Below, one piece after another: positions 51,516 through 64,000 of a DNA stretch of 64,000 nucleotides (position 1 is its first letter; the number at the start of each line of letters is the position of its first letter). Both the position numbers and the translations under genes were made by a program. Source of the stretch: Chiloscyllium plagiosum (Eukaryota); the NCBI RefSeq assembly GCF_004010195.1, contig NC_057751.1:6414699-6478698 (forward strand). Reading direction: 5' to 3'. The notes under the pieces were generated by a model. The model was not told the DNA's origin. It ran no database searches and saw only the letters and a list, made by a program, of their open reading frames with translations.

Positions 51516-52320
51516 ACAGCAAACAGGATGAATTCACACACCATCTGGGGAATGACACACAGGATATTGCCAGGAATGGAGGATTTGAGTTATAAGGAAA
51601 GGCTGGATAGGCTGGGACTTTTTTCACAAGAGCATGTGAGGTTGAAAGGTGACCTTATAGCGATCTATAAATTAAAGAGGGGTATAGATAAGGTGAATGG
51701 CAGGTGTTTTGTCCCTCGGGTGGAGGATGTCAAGACTAGGGGGCATATTTTTAAGGTGAGAGGACAAACATTTAAAATAAGACATGAGGAGCAATTGTTT
51801 TTACACAGAGTGGCTCGTATGTGGAATGAATTTCTAGAGGAAGTAATGGATGAGGGCACAGTTACAATGTTTAAAAGACATTTAGATAAGGACATGAATA
51901 GGAAATGTTTAGAGGGGTACAGGCCTGGAGCAGGCAGGTGGCATGAGTTTAATTTGGCACAGATTGGTTGGACTGAAGGGTCTGTTTCCATACTGTATTA
52001 CCCTATGACTCTCTGACTCTAAGTGTACCATAGAAATAATTGAAACACCTCTCAACCTCACATGCTCTTGTGAAGAAGGTCCCAGCCTATCCAGCCTCTC
52101 CTTATAACTCAAATCCTCCATTCCTGGCAATATCCTGTGTGTCATTCCCCAGATGGTGTGTGAATTCATCCTGTTTGCTGTTGTTATGAAGTCGAAAGAG
52201 TCTCTGCTCACTTTGAGACAGAAAGCATTTTCTGAATTTTAAAGTAAATTTGAAATACAGCCACAGCTGCCAGAACAGTACAGCTACGAGACGTGTTATT
52301 CCAAAATAGATATAAGTAAC
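51377..52320. repeat. 275-bp inverted duplication (51377-51651 / 52046-52320)
   Basis: Arms align end to end with about 6 substitutions by manual count. The ORF track shows twin MSRDSFDFITT.. ORFs on opposite strands. Confidence 0.95.
51556..52020 (+). mobile_element. CR1 3' fragment
   Basis: RILPGMEDLSYKERLDRLGLFS..KTRGH..WNEF and tail ctatgactct. Confidence 0.9.
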
Positions 52321-54029
52321 TTTGTTTGAATAGATAACAATCTCCTGTGATTGTACTGACTCCCACTTATGTTTGTTCCAAGGTAGCCATCACGTGTACT
52401 CTTGAGGCTAATGTGCAACATTGCTGACATTAAAACAAGTGTAAGAGTAACAACTATTACTATCCCCATTACATCTACTTCCATCCCCAAGATTCCCTCA
52501 CCCAGAGATCTAAGCAATAACCTTTTGGTTTTGGCCATGATGTTGAATGTCCTTTCCCGGCTCCCTCCCTCTGCCCCCATTTTGCATGCCTGCCCCTGTA
52601 ATTATGAGAGACATTGGAGAGAATGGACAGTCAGAATCATTGTCCCAGAATAGAAATGCTAATTACTAAGGGACATGAGTTTAAGCTGAAAAGAGGAAAG
52701 TTTAGAGGAGATGCAAGAGGTAAGTTTTTTTGTGAGAACCGGTTTGTAAACTGCAACTGGTCTGTCTTTACCATTTGTTTGTAGCGTGTGGGGCAGCTCA
52801 GTTTCACAATGAGATCCAAAATTGATACACAGAAAGGGTTTAACTCCTGTGCACCCTGGAATCCTCTTTTTATCTGCTGTCACCAAAACAGAGTAACATT
52901 TCCATCTAATTAACCAATAAACCCAGCAGCCCACCTGCAATTTAACATGCTTCAAGAGCTGTTTCATTCCTACAATATGGGAATGAGGCTATTAAATTCC
53001 ATGGCCATAAAATCCGAAGAGTTGCTTCTTCCTTTCACGTAATATTGTAGTCATTCATTAGAGTAATGACGTGACTTCTAAATGATATCTTTGCTTCTAA
53101 GTTTTGTGAATGTCTTACATGTTATCCAATGTATGACTGACATCGATCTACGGTCCAAAAGCACTCCAATCAGAAGAAGCAATCTAGCTGAGATTGCGCC
53201 CATTCTGAGAGTGACCGAAGATATACTGGAATTTATTTGAATAGTTAAATGCCCACTGAGTTAAACTTCTTTTCGAGAACATTATCATCACTACACTATT
53301 GTGATATAATAATCCATGCAGGACTTCCTTTCTTGCAAGGAGAAAGGAACTAGAATCAGATATCACAGCAGCTCAGGTAACACAATTTGATCTTGCTTCA
53401 CTTGATATTAGAACCAGGACTGAGTATGTGCATTATTGGGGAAAATTAATTTTTATTTTATTTGTGCAGACCTAATTTAGATTGAAATTTAACTAAACTG
53501 GAGGCGACAGTTTTAATTTTAAAAGCTTCTGAAAGCTTAAATAAGAACCAGCTGAAACTGGAACATCATTAAGTGACTCAGAATGCCTTTTGTGTTAGGT
53601 GTATGGATAAGTCAGCAACTTAGTCCAATTTACAACGCTGGAATTGAGCACTTTCGGGACTTAAGTACAGGAAGGGACAGAGATATTTGGTTGCTTTTAC
53701 CTGAACTCATTTACCCTTTAGGAATGATTCTTGCTGTTGCACAGGGGAAGAACTTAGTGAATTGATGAGTTAAGGTTAAGGTTTATTCCCTTGCTGAAGC
53801 TCAAAATAGTATATTTTGAGTGAGAGTGGGTGAGAATTAAAGGCACAGATTGACGCCTACCTGTAGTGGGACCAGTGGCGGAGTCGTTAGAAATGGCAAC
53901 ATCATGTGAATGGACAGAAGGCAGCTGATTGCCGAGTATCTAGCTTTCAAAGCAAGATGTATGGTCTTCAATTTCTGTTTCTGTCCCTATTCTTTTATCT
54001 CTCTCATTTTATTAGCACCTGAAGAGCCT

Positions 54030-55240
54030 CAGCCCTTGCAACTTTCCAACAGTTACAAGAGTCTAGCAAGCCCATGTGGATGATAGTGGGGTCTATTGAT
54101 AGGATGAATAAACTGATCACAGCGCAGAGTAATGGGGAGCCTTTCATCTCAAAGGAGGAAGTAGGCATGTCGCAGTTGGGGAAAGTAAACGTAGGTGAGA
54201 GATACTGTTCTCACCAGCCATGTGCATGAGTACCAACGGCTGTGTTGTCAGCCTGCTGTCAGTGTTAAGTGTTATCGCCTCGGGACTGGAGAGGAACTTA
54301 GAGTGGGAGGGAGGGGTCCAGTTGTAATCCACATTGGCTGAATGACATGTTCGTGAATCAAAACATATAGAATTTAAAATGGGTAGAGCAAAGACATAAC
54401 AGGAGTAAATGACCAGTGTTGCGATTGGCCTATAGACTTCATAGCTGTAGCTATACTGTAGTACAGATAACTCATTAGAAGATAATGAAGATGTGTCAAA
54501 AACAGGCAGGATATTAATCATGGATTTCTTTAACATTTGCGCTGTTTGGGAAAATCAAATCAGAGGTAGCCATGAAGAAGAATTCACAGAGTGTACTGAG
54601 GACAGTTTTCGACAAAAGTACAATTTTTAAAAAATTCATGGGAAGAGGACATCACTAACCAGGCCAACATTTATTGCACATCCTTAGTTTCCCTCGAGAA
54701 GATAGAAGTAAGCTGCAGTCCACTTGCTGTCAGGAGAATCGCAGTGCCTTTAGGGAGAGAGTCCCAGGATTTTGATCCTCTGACATTGACAGAATGGCGA
54801 TACATTTCCAAGTCACTTTAATGAGTGGCTTGAAGGAGAACTTGCAAGGGGTGGGTGTTGCAATACATCTGCTGTCCTTGTCCTTGTAGACGGAAGTGCT
54901 CATGGGTTTGGAAGGTGCTGGCTGAGGTGCCTTGGTGAATTTATATAAGTTTGTATTGTGGATGGCATACAGTGTTGTGACTGAGCATCAGTGTTGTGGA
55001 TCCAACCAGGAATTGGATTATTTTGAATTTGGCAAGTTCAACGAATGATTTCAGAATAAAAAGAAACATTGGCCATAGCAAGCTAGCATCCAGTTTAAGA
55101 TTGAGCAATGATTTGGAAACAACTGTGATAAACTTAAATAAGGTTAAGTGCACGGCAATGAGTTGGCTGAAGTGAACTGGGAAAGGAGTTTTGCAGCAAA
55201 GACTGTTCAAGGACAATGGCAGATGTTTAAGGAAATACCT
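54030..55240 (+). mobile_element. Highly decayed CR1 5'/internal region, interrupted by an RTEX-like tail (about 54635-54985, minus)
   Basis: Remnants resembling CR1 ORF1 and endonuclease (ttgcaactttccaacag, ttaatcatggatttctttaac, aagtgaactggg). The inner piece matches 9030-9400. Confidence 0.45.
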
Positions 55241-56324
55241 GTTCTTAAATCCAATAATTGCTGGAAGTGAAATTAAAAACAAAACCTTTCCTGATTGCTA
55301 CCTGTATGCATTACACAGGATAAGTTTCTCAACAATTCATTGGAAAGAATAAGTACAAACAGAATAATGTTAGATGGTTCCTTCTTACTTGCCCTTTTGT
55401 TGAGTTGAACAATCCCAAGCTGCCAAATGAAATCTAAAGATGCTGGAGAAGTTTAGAAGGTCTAGCAGCAGCTGTAGAGAAAGAAATAATGTTTTGATTC
55501 CAATATGATTCTTCTTAGAGCTGATGTCACCTAATGGAGGTCCAGAAAATAATAAAAGTATAGAAATTGAAGGGGTTCAGGACCAGAAATTGTCGATGTG
55601 AGATTGTCATTAATGCTTCCAAAACAGAATTCAGGGAAATCTTCTCCACCCAGAATGTGGTGGGAATGTGAAGTACACTGATTCCAGTGTATGTGGGATA
55701 CACTCAGAACAAATGAATCCAGTTGAGTAATGAAGAACATCTTACTTTTCCAGTGAGAAAATGGAACTTGTTACCACATAGATGTGAATGGTGTAGCCAC
55801 ATTTAAGGGGAAGAAAGATGAACACATAAGAGAGAAAGGATGAGAATGAAGTTTGATGATGCGTGACTAAGAAGCATGGCAGGAGGGACACAAAGCACAA
55901 ATAGCAGCTCAGGCTAATTGAATTTATTGACTTTGTTGTTTTTATCAATGTTCAGAACTCAGCCCTTTCCTTTTATCTGTTATGTCTCCAGTGCTTGACT
56001 ATACTGGGAACTGGAACTGGTCATAACATTCAAGATGTAGTCTGAACAGAGCGTGAGAAAGTTGATTATGACTTGTTCTGGCTTTATGGAGCCGTACACT
56101 CTCGAGTGTGTTCATAAAATGAAGACAAATATTGTAAGAAATTCCTATGACTGGCACATGATTTTGACAAGGTCTTCTTGGGTAGAAATGCTGCCACCAA
56201 CTTTCTTCTTATACTCATTGCAGGGCTTATGAGTATTAAATGATGAGGGGTTAACCATTAAATATCTCCAGCAGAACAATACTCTTGTACTTGAGTGATA
56301 AGAAGTAGTTAATTACAAATTATA

Positions 56325-57048
56325 ATAAAATATCATTAGTACCACACAATGCCAGGCATGGACCATCTCCATTAAGAAACAAACCACCCACCAGCCCATG
56401 ACTGTCACCATCACTGAATCCTCTACTACCAACATTGACCAGAAACTGAACTGAGCTCACAGTATAATTACAGTGTCTACAAGCGCAGGCTAGCTGCTCA
56501 GAATACTTTATCAAGTGACTCACCTGTAGACTGTCCAAAGCCTGTCTACCATCTCCAAGGCACAAGCCTGGTGAGTGGAGCTCTAACAACATTCAAGAAG
56601 CTTGACACCATCCAGGACAAAGCAACTCACTTGATTGACACCACGTAGGGAAATACTATCATTCCACCATCAATGTTCAGTATCAACAGTGCATTCTATC
56701 TACATGATGCACTGCAGAAATCCACCAACAGTCCTTCAAAAGCGCCTTCCAAATCCATGGCCAATTCCATCAAGAAGGACAAAGGCAGCAGTTATAAGAG
56801 AGCACTACATCTGCACATTCCTCTCCGAGCCACTCACCATCCTGACTTGGAAATATATCACTGATGCTTCATTGTCGCTGTGTTAACATCTGGAATTCAC
56901 TCTCGAACAGCATTGTGGATTGATCTACAGCACATGCGCTGCAGCGGTTTAAGAAGGCAACTCATTACCACCAACTCACCAGTAACAAGCGATGGGCAAT
57001 AAATGCCGGCCAACCAGAGATGCCCATGTCCCACGAGTGAATGAAAAA
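56325..57048 (+). mobile_element. Non-LTR retrotransposon 3' part (RTEX-like)
   Basis: KLDTIQDKA, IYMMHC and tail gatgggcaataaatgccggcc..gtgaatgaaaaaa. Confidence 0.65.
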
Positions 57049-57464
57049 ACAGATAACAGGTTACATTCATCTGTCAATGTTATGTTATAAATTGTTTCGT
57101 TAATTGTTACATTAACTATTTAACCACATGAAGACTATTTTTATCGACTAAGAGACAGAAACAGGGCTGTGTCACACAGTTGCAGTTTGTAGAACTGACA
57201 AACTTAAAATGAAAACTTAGAACAACTGCTTAGAATGAACAAGTTTCTCCCAGAGACAGAAACACAGTCATGTTTTTGTCAGTAGTTAGAGAGTTCCAAA
57301 GCTTCGTAATTATCCTTTTCAGTCTGTCTTAAATAATTAAACCTCAGGATAAGAAGAGAAAAATACATTTTATGAAGCTTTATAAATTTAAGTAAACATG
57401 ACAAACTTAGACATGCTTAGATTCATGTTGGGCTCAATGCTAAGGAATACATCTGTTTCATGCA

Positions 57465-57860
57465 TTACTTAGTCTCAGTTAGAAGCACCTTCACTTCTGA
57501 ATCATATTTTCAGGCATCGTACCAAGAGCTCACAATTCTGTCAGCTGCTCCAGTATTGATGGAATGAATGTCTCTGGAGCTGTCTTTTGCATAAAACCTG
57601 AAACTGGGATGCCCTCCACCTGCTCAAGTGAATATTAAAAACCATGGTGCTGTGTGTGAAGAGCAGGGCATTCAAAAAAGCTTCACCTCTCCCTTAACAC
57701 CACAAAGTGGACATTAATTTGTCATTCATCTTATGGGTATTTAAGTTGTCATTACAGTCTGAGTAATGGTTACTGTGTTGGTTTGACTTCAGCACAATCC
57801 ATCACATGAAATTTTTAAGAGATTTGTGAGAGACATGTCAGTAATGTAAATCTTTTCTTT
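57465..57860 (+). mobile_element. Decayed Deu-domain SINE-like element
   Basis: Colinear similarity with 21440-22125. Confidence 0.4.
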
Positions 57861-59299
57861 CCTTCTTTAAACTTTAACAAAGAAAGATGTGTAAACTTAA
57901 TGCAGACAATGCTTGAAGTCATTGATTTTCCACATATACCAGATTATATTTCATGAATGTCAGATTCCTGGTCCAGATAAGGTTAAAAATTCAAACTAAA
58001 ACTGATCATCATCATTGCCTTCAGAAAAAAAACAAATTCCAATAACAGGAAGTAATAAGGCAGATTTAAACCTCGAAGTCTCTTACGTGGAGAAAACACA
58101 AACTGAACTATACATGACTGTTTTGCTGGTGACAGGACACTTGATAGAAGTTTTGAAAATATATTAATCATTTGTCTGGGCTTTCCACCCAAAGATGGAA
58201 CTATGACAAAGCAATTAGCTAAAATGTCCTTTTCTTCTCCCAATCTGTCAGTATCGTTGACATTGACCTCAAGAGGAGAATTTATCGTACACTTAGATAA
58301 TTTGACTATAAAGGATGAGATAAGTCCTTAAAGTGAAAGAGAGAATGTAAATCATTTTATTAGGTCCCTCCAGAACTTCCTAAAGCACTTACATCCAATG
58401 AGTGACTACACCATACATTCTGTAGTTAAGGGGAGCTGCAGTTTTGCCTGTAGGAAGGTCCATCAAACAGAAGTTAGATGATTACTCAGTTTGTCCGGAA
58501 TGTTGTTAGTTGCGACATGAACGTTCTATGTAGGGAATAGGAAGAAGCATTATGCAACAAAATCTTGCAATGATGTTCAATTCCTTATGTCTCTGAGGCA
58601 AAATGCGACAGACTTAGTCAAAACGGTAAACCAATAAAAAAACAACCTTGTATGTTACTGAAAAGAATGCGATCATGCATCTGCAGCTGTTTTGATAGCC
58701 TTCCCAATTTTCCCTTTTTGTCTGAAGGAGAAAACTGGATTAAATGAACTACAAATGAGAAAATTCCATCCTAAAATTTAGTTGAATTGAAATGCCTCAA
58801 TTTAAATATAAATTCAGCACAAAAAAAAGTGTGCTAAACATGTTGCTCTTTGACAGAAAATAACTTCAAATGACTTGGAGGTTAGATAGCAAGTGTGGGT
58901 CACACAATGACACCAACAGGATATGTTCAAACCCCAAGCAAAGAAAATAAGTAGCAGCACATATCATGCAGCTGAGGATTACTGATGTTACATTCTTTTT
59001 GTCTGTTCTCTCAACAAAGGTGACAATCCATTCAAAATGGCAGCATAAGTATCAGCTAAATTTCCTGTCTCAGCTTTGTACAGTCATCAGTCCTTTACCA
59101 AAATCTTCTTCCCCTGTCTCTCATCAAGCCTACATCAAATCCAAGATCAACTCATCCAAATCTGCCATCAACAGTGTGCTGAGTTCCATCTGATATAACA
59201 TCCAACTTATGCAAAAAGGTAGCATCCATGTGATAGTCTATTGAATATTGTGCACCAAAACCTCCAGTTCTCCTCAATCTTCATTTCTTTTTTATTTCA

Positions 59300-60150
59300 T
59301 TATTAACATGCTAGCATTGCTATCTGAGCCAGCATTTATTCCCCTTCCTTAATTGCTCTTGAAATGCGGCCGTGAGTTGCCTCTAGAAATGCTGAAGTCC
59401 GTTTGGTTTAGGTATTTCAACAATGTTGTTACATTATCCTGTCAACAATGTTATCCTATTGCAGGATTTTGGCTAAGCAACACTGAAGGAACAATGATGT
59501 ATTTCCAGGACAGGAAAATGAGGACTTGGAGAATAGCTTACAGATACATGAAATTGCCACGCAACTTGCTGTCCTAGGTTTGGAAGGTGCTGCGTAAGGA
59601 CATTTGGTGAATTTCTGCAGTGCATCTTATCGATGGTACACACCGCTGCTCCTGTGCATTGATTGTGGAAGATGTGCATGTTTGGTTCAGAATACAGCAC
59701 TTTGTCCATGTTTGAAACAGGGTTGTGATGAGGTCAGGGGCTGAGGGGCCCTCTGGTGCAACCTAAGCTGAGTGTCAGTGACCAGATTATTGTTAAGCAA
59801 GGGCTGCTTGATTGTAGTGTGGACCTCTTCCATTACTTAACCAATAATTGCGAGAGGACTGATGGAATAGGAATTAACCAGGTTGTATTTGTCCTGCTTT
59901 TTGTGTAAGACGTAACTGGGCAAATTTTCCACATTGTCAGCAATGTGTTGTAGCTGCTCTGGAACAGCTTATCGAAGGGCATGGCAGGCTTATGGAGCTG
60001 CAGCTTCCTGTCCTACTGTCAGACTGTTGTCAGGGCCTACAGCCTATACAGTATCCAGTGCCTTCAGCCCTTCCTTGATATCACATGATGTGAATCGAGT
60101 TGGCTGTGGACTGGCATCTGTGAAGTCAGGGACCTTTGAAGGAAGCTGAG
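59300..60150 (-). mobile_element. RTEX-like LINE fragment, with more at about 60835-61230
   Basis: HNQCTGAAVCTIDKMHCRNSP. Homologous to 56325-57048. Confidence 0.6.
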
Positions 60151-60220
60151 ATTTTTATTGATTTATTTGTTTATTGTCACTTGGATTTTAACATCAGTAA
60201 AATACAGTCACATGATTAAT

Positions 60221-60528
60221 TAGATTAGATTCCCTACAGTGTGGAAACAGGCCCTTCAGCCCAACAAGTCCACATCGACCCTCAGAAGTGCAACCCACCC
60301 AGACCCATTCCCCTACATTTACCCCTGACTAACACAATGGGCAATTTAGCGTGGCCAATTCACCTGACCTACATGTCTTTGGATTGTGGGAGGAAACCGG
60401 AGCACCCGGGGGAAACCCACACAGATACGGGGAGAATGTGCAAATTCTACACAGACACGCTTGAGGCTGGAATCAAACCCAGGTCCCTGGCGTTGTGAGG
60501 CAACAGTGCTAGCCACTGAGCCACCATG
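60221..60528 (-). mobile_element. HE1-type V-SINE
   Basis: Reverse-complement match to 35362-35655. Confidence 0.9.
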
Positions 60529-63500
60529 CCACTGGCTTCAATGCTTCAACAATCGCCACAACCCCGGCGCCATTTTGAATAGTTGAAGAATAAAAAGGAT
60601 GTAACTGAAAGAGAGCAATTTAAAAATAAAAAAGATAAATTATATTATTGAAAGTGAGTCCTGATCCCTGAGCTGGTTCATCAATGACACCCTGAGCGAC
60701 TAACCCTCCTCCACCGCCTGCACCATACCCACCAACAGAGAAGTCCCCAATCTTTAGGCACCGTCTCTTTGCCGCTGAGCTCACCTCATCAACCCAGCTG
60801 ATGCCGGGTCCTGCACTGATAGGTTGGAGAGGATCAGATCAAGTATGGTTTCTCCCTCTTGTTGGTGCCTTGACCACCTGCTGCAGATTCAGCCCAGAAG
60901 CCATATCTTTTATGTCTTGACCAGCTTGATCAGTAGTGGTGTTGCCGAGCCAGTATGGCTCAGTGTGAATTTCCCCTCCCAGGGTACATCCTGCAGCCTT
61001 GCCACTCTCAGTGCTTCTTCCAAGTGGTGCTGAACATGGAGCAGTAAGAATTCATCAGCTGACTAGTGGTGGGGGTGAGTTTGCCATATGTCATCATGAT
61101 CTTGCGGTTTTCTTCCCCATATTTGACTTAACAGGGTCTGAAGTCCATGTTGAGAACTTCCCAGGCAACTTCCTCTTGACTATGTATTGCCATGCCACCA
61201 TCTCTGGAGGGTCTGTCCTGCCAGAAGACTATTAAGAGTCAACTACATTGAACTATACTCTGTAACATTTTAAGTTCATGGTCCTTTGTGTGATCTTTGT
61301 ATCCCATCCTTGCCTTATACATTGCTGCAGCTTCCAATCAACCATGCCAAATGTGCTTGCACATCAGTTTCGACTCTATCCTCCTTTGTACTTCAAAATC
61401 CATCTGCTGTACCTTCTTCAGCCTTAGTTTGTGGTTTGATTCTTCTTTTCTATTTTATTTGGATATGATTTTGGGTACCTTTAGCCTAAATTATTTACGG
61501 TTCAGTTTCTTCGACCTAATACTGTCATCTGATTCTGCACATTTATGCAAAGTTCCTTTATTTACATGATTAAACATGCTCTACTGTGAGGTGGTACATT
61601 GCTGTCTGGTGCGAATGGTTTCTTTTCTCTGCCCAGACACATGACTGCTTATGCCACAGTTCCACCATCAAAAACATTACATTCTCATTTATTGACAGTG
61701 TTGACTATAAACTCTGGAATTCATCTCTGTTGCTCCCCTTCACCTCTTGCAAAGCTTCCTGAAGATGAAAGGTTTTACTCACCTCCTACAAACTTTCCAC
61801 TCACGTTTGGCCTCCAGTTTCAACTCTGTGAAGTAATTTGAGATGTTGTACAATGCATTAAAAATACTGTCAACCCGAGTTGCTACAATGGTGGAATTCA
61901 AAACATCTGTTATTTCCTGAAACTGCAGTATGGGAGTAGAACCTTTAATCATTTGACTTTGCTGCTTAATATAATTATCCCATTGAGATGTCTCTGAGCT
62001 CGTATGAACCATTGTAGCAAAACAACATGGTCAAATTATGATCCATAAGTCTGCATAGTGTGCTAAGGCACTCTGCTAAGGGCAGTATTCCATGGTTAGT
62101 GGCTGATTTAGTGTTTTCTTCGGTTTAGTGGAAAAAATATAGAAATGCGCTGACACACACAGAAAGAAAGAAAAATTGAAATCCCGCCTCAAACAGAAAG
62201 CAATCAGTAAATGGAACTCCGTTATTTTAAAAAGATTTTGTGATACATTTCCAACGCAATTTGGAACCACAAATCTTGTCACAAACGTGATATCTTTTAT
62301 GCAGCTATTACAGGGCCATATTTTTCTTCCACAACCTTTCCAGATAACATCAGCTCTTTCACTCGATGAGGAATGGTCAGGAAGGATGCAGTTGGCTAAC
62401 TACTAATCATCTACATAAATGATGTCAAGTTTAAAATGGTGTTCATTTGTTAGGAGGGAGACTGCTGAGAGATTGTCGAATTTACTGACTCCTACACCAC
62501 ACTTTTCTGAAAAAATAAAAAATGTGTTTTTAGCAACATACCCAAATACAACAGCTACTCTGTCACTTGGATGCAATGTAATGTTGCAGAGAGTAAAATA
62601 TTCTTGATCACATTGAGCTACTGAGGAATATTTACAGTCTCCTGAGGGAAAGGATACATTAACTTTATTTAAGAAAAATGTGGCTGTGGTTTCATCTTGC
62701 CATGAGGAGACAAGAGAGATCAAGATCAAATATCGTTTATTCACTTCCAGTAATGTTGCATACTGTCTCATCAGCATTTCACAGTTAGAATGAATCATTT
62801 AATAATGAAGGCTGAGGTTTTTGTTTGATTATCTGTAGATTTATGCAACATGGGGAGTCAGGCTGAAATCTAATGGAGGACTTTGGATGTTATGTTTTGG
62901 AAATTTGTGACTGAATGACAGCCTGAAATCTAATGAATTAGCTCAGATGGTTGATATGTAAGAGATCTCTGTAATACTTCTTGTGAATTACTCTGACTGG
63001 ATCGTTCTTACTTTGTTCACTGATTTCACACACTGAGCTAATGATTTGGATACCTCCTGGCCTTTCAGTGACAGGGATAATAATGGTGATGTCACCATTG
63101 CAAGATACTTCGGAAATAACTTGCAGCAGAAGTGAAAAATGACAAAGCTGATCAGAGCAAGGAAAGGTGAATTGATGCAAACACTACAAAAGAAAAATTG
63201 CAGCTGTTAAATTTAGGCATTTATTTAGACTCCTGAAGAACATTTGTGTCTTCTGCATGAATGAAAAATTTGTTCTTATGGAGCATCTTTCACAACAGGA
63301 TATTGGTTTGGCCTGTTACAAAGTTAACGATTATCTGGCTATTTCCTTATAGAATATCAGTGAAGAGAGCTGTTTTGGTGCTTGTGGCAAACATGAACAT
63401 ATAAGTTAAGAGCAGGATTAAGCTACTCGATGGCTTGAGCATTCTCAACCATTCTGGTGATCACAGTGAATCTGATCTCTACACAATCCTGTCAAATCTC

Positions 63501-63931
63501 CATATTGGTTTACCCCTTTAGTAATTAAGAATCTGTCTTAAAATTATTCAATATTCCTTACACCTCCCCCCCCCAGCCCTCCTTAGGACCTCATCTGATT
63601 GAACCAAATTGCTGTAGATAAAAGGAGATGGAAAGGTCCTCAGAATAATCAATGCTAATTCAACAAAATGGCAATATTTACATTGGTCTTTGACACCTCA
63701 GATAGGAATAAAATCATCAATTTTTATTTACCAGCTGAATGCAAGGTAACATTATTGAAGTTTGACTTCATTTACGAGGCAGTGTTATTAGCTTGGTGCC
63801 AGGATTTGCCAAGATGAATCCAATATCTTACTGAAATATTGTGGCAGTGTATCAGAGATACTTACTTTTGGATGAGATACTTAAAATAAAGCCCTTTTGC
63901 ATTTCTGACAGCTAATTAAAGATGTCGGTTG

Positions 63932-64000
63932 TGAGTGTGGTGCTGGAAAAGCACAGCAGGTCAAGCAGCATCCCAGGAGCAGGAGAATCGACATTTCTGG
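63932..64000 (-). mobile_element. Family A Penelope-like tail, cut by the window edge
   Basis: gagtgtggtgctggaaaagcacagcaggtcaagcagcatcc..gaatcgacatttc. Confidence 0.75.

Noticed and set aside
51486..52016. 176-aa ORF, the longest in the track
   Set aside because: Chimeric read-through from an LTR end into a CR1 RT C-terminal fragment, not a host gene.

Overview
Repeat-dense, largely non-coding vertebrate DNA. The repeat content points to a shark: HE1-type V-SINEs, CR1/HER1 LINE fragments and Deu-domain SINEs. I recognise no host protein-coding gene, and nearly all interpretable ORFs are retroelement remnants. The window holds a decayed Gypsy LTR retrotransposon (about 3.4-7.9 kb), two related solo-LTR-like elements, Penelope-like (GIY-YIG) fragments, many CR1, RTE and RTEX-like pieces, a pogo/Tigger-like MITE, a 31-bp minisatellite and a 194-nt assembly gap. 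The most interesting signal is a set of minimal hammerhead ribozyme motifs in three sequence families, one of them directly attached to Penelope-like ORF ends. Two copies are intact and identical. Many of these ends occur as short asymmetric hairpin insertions flanked by 9-15 bp direct repeats. There is also a roughly 98% identical 275-bp inverted duplication at 51.4-52.3 kb. Family names come from motif recognition, not database searches, and repeat boundaries are approximate unless stated.
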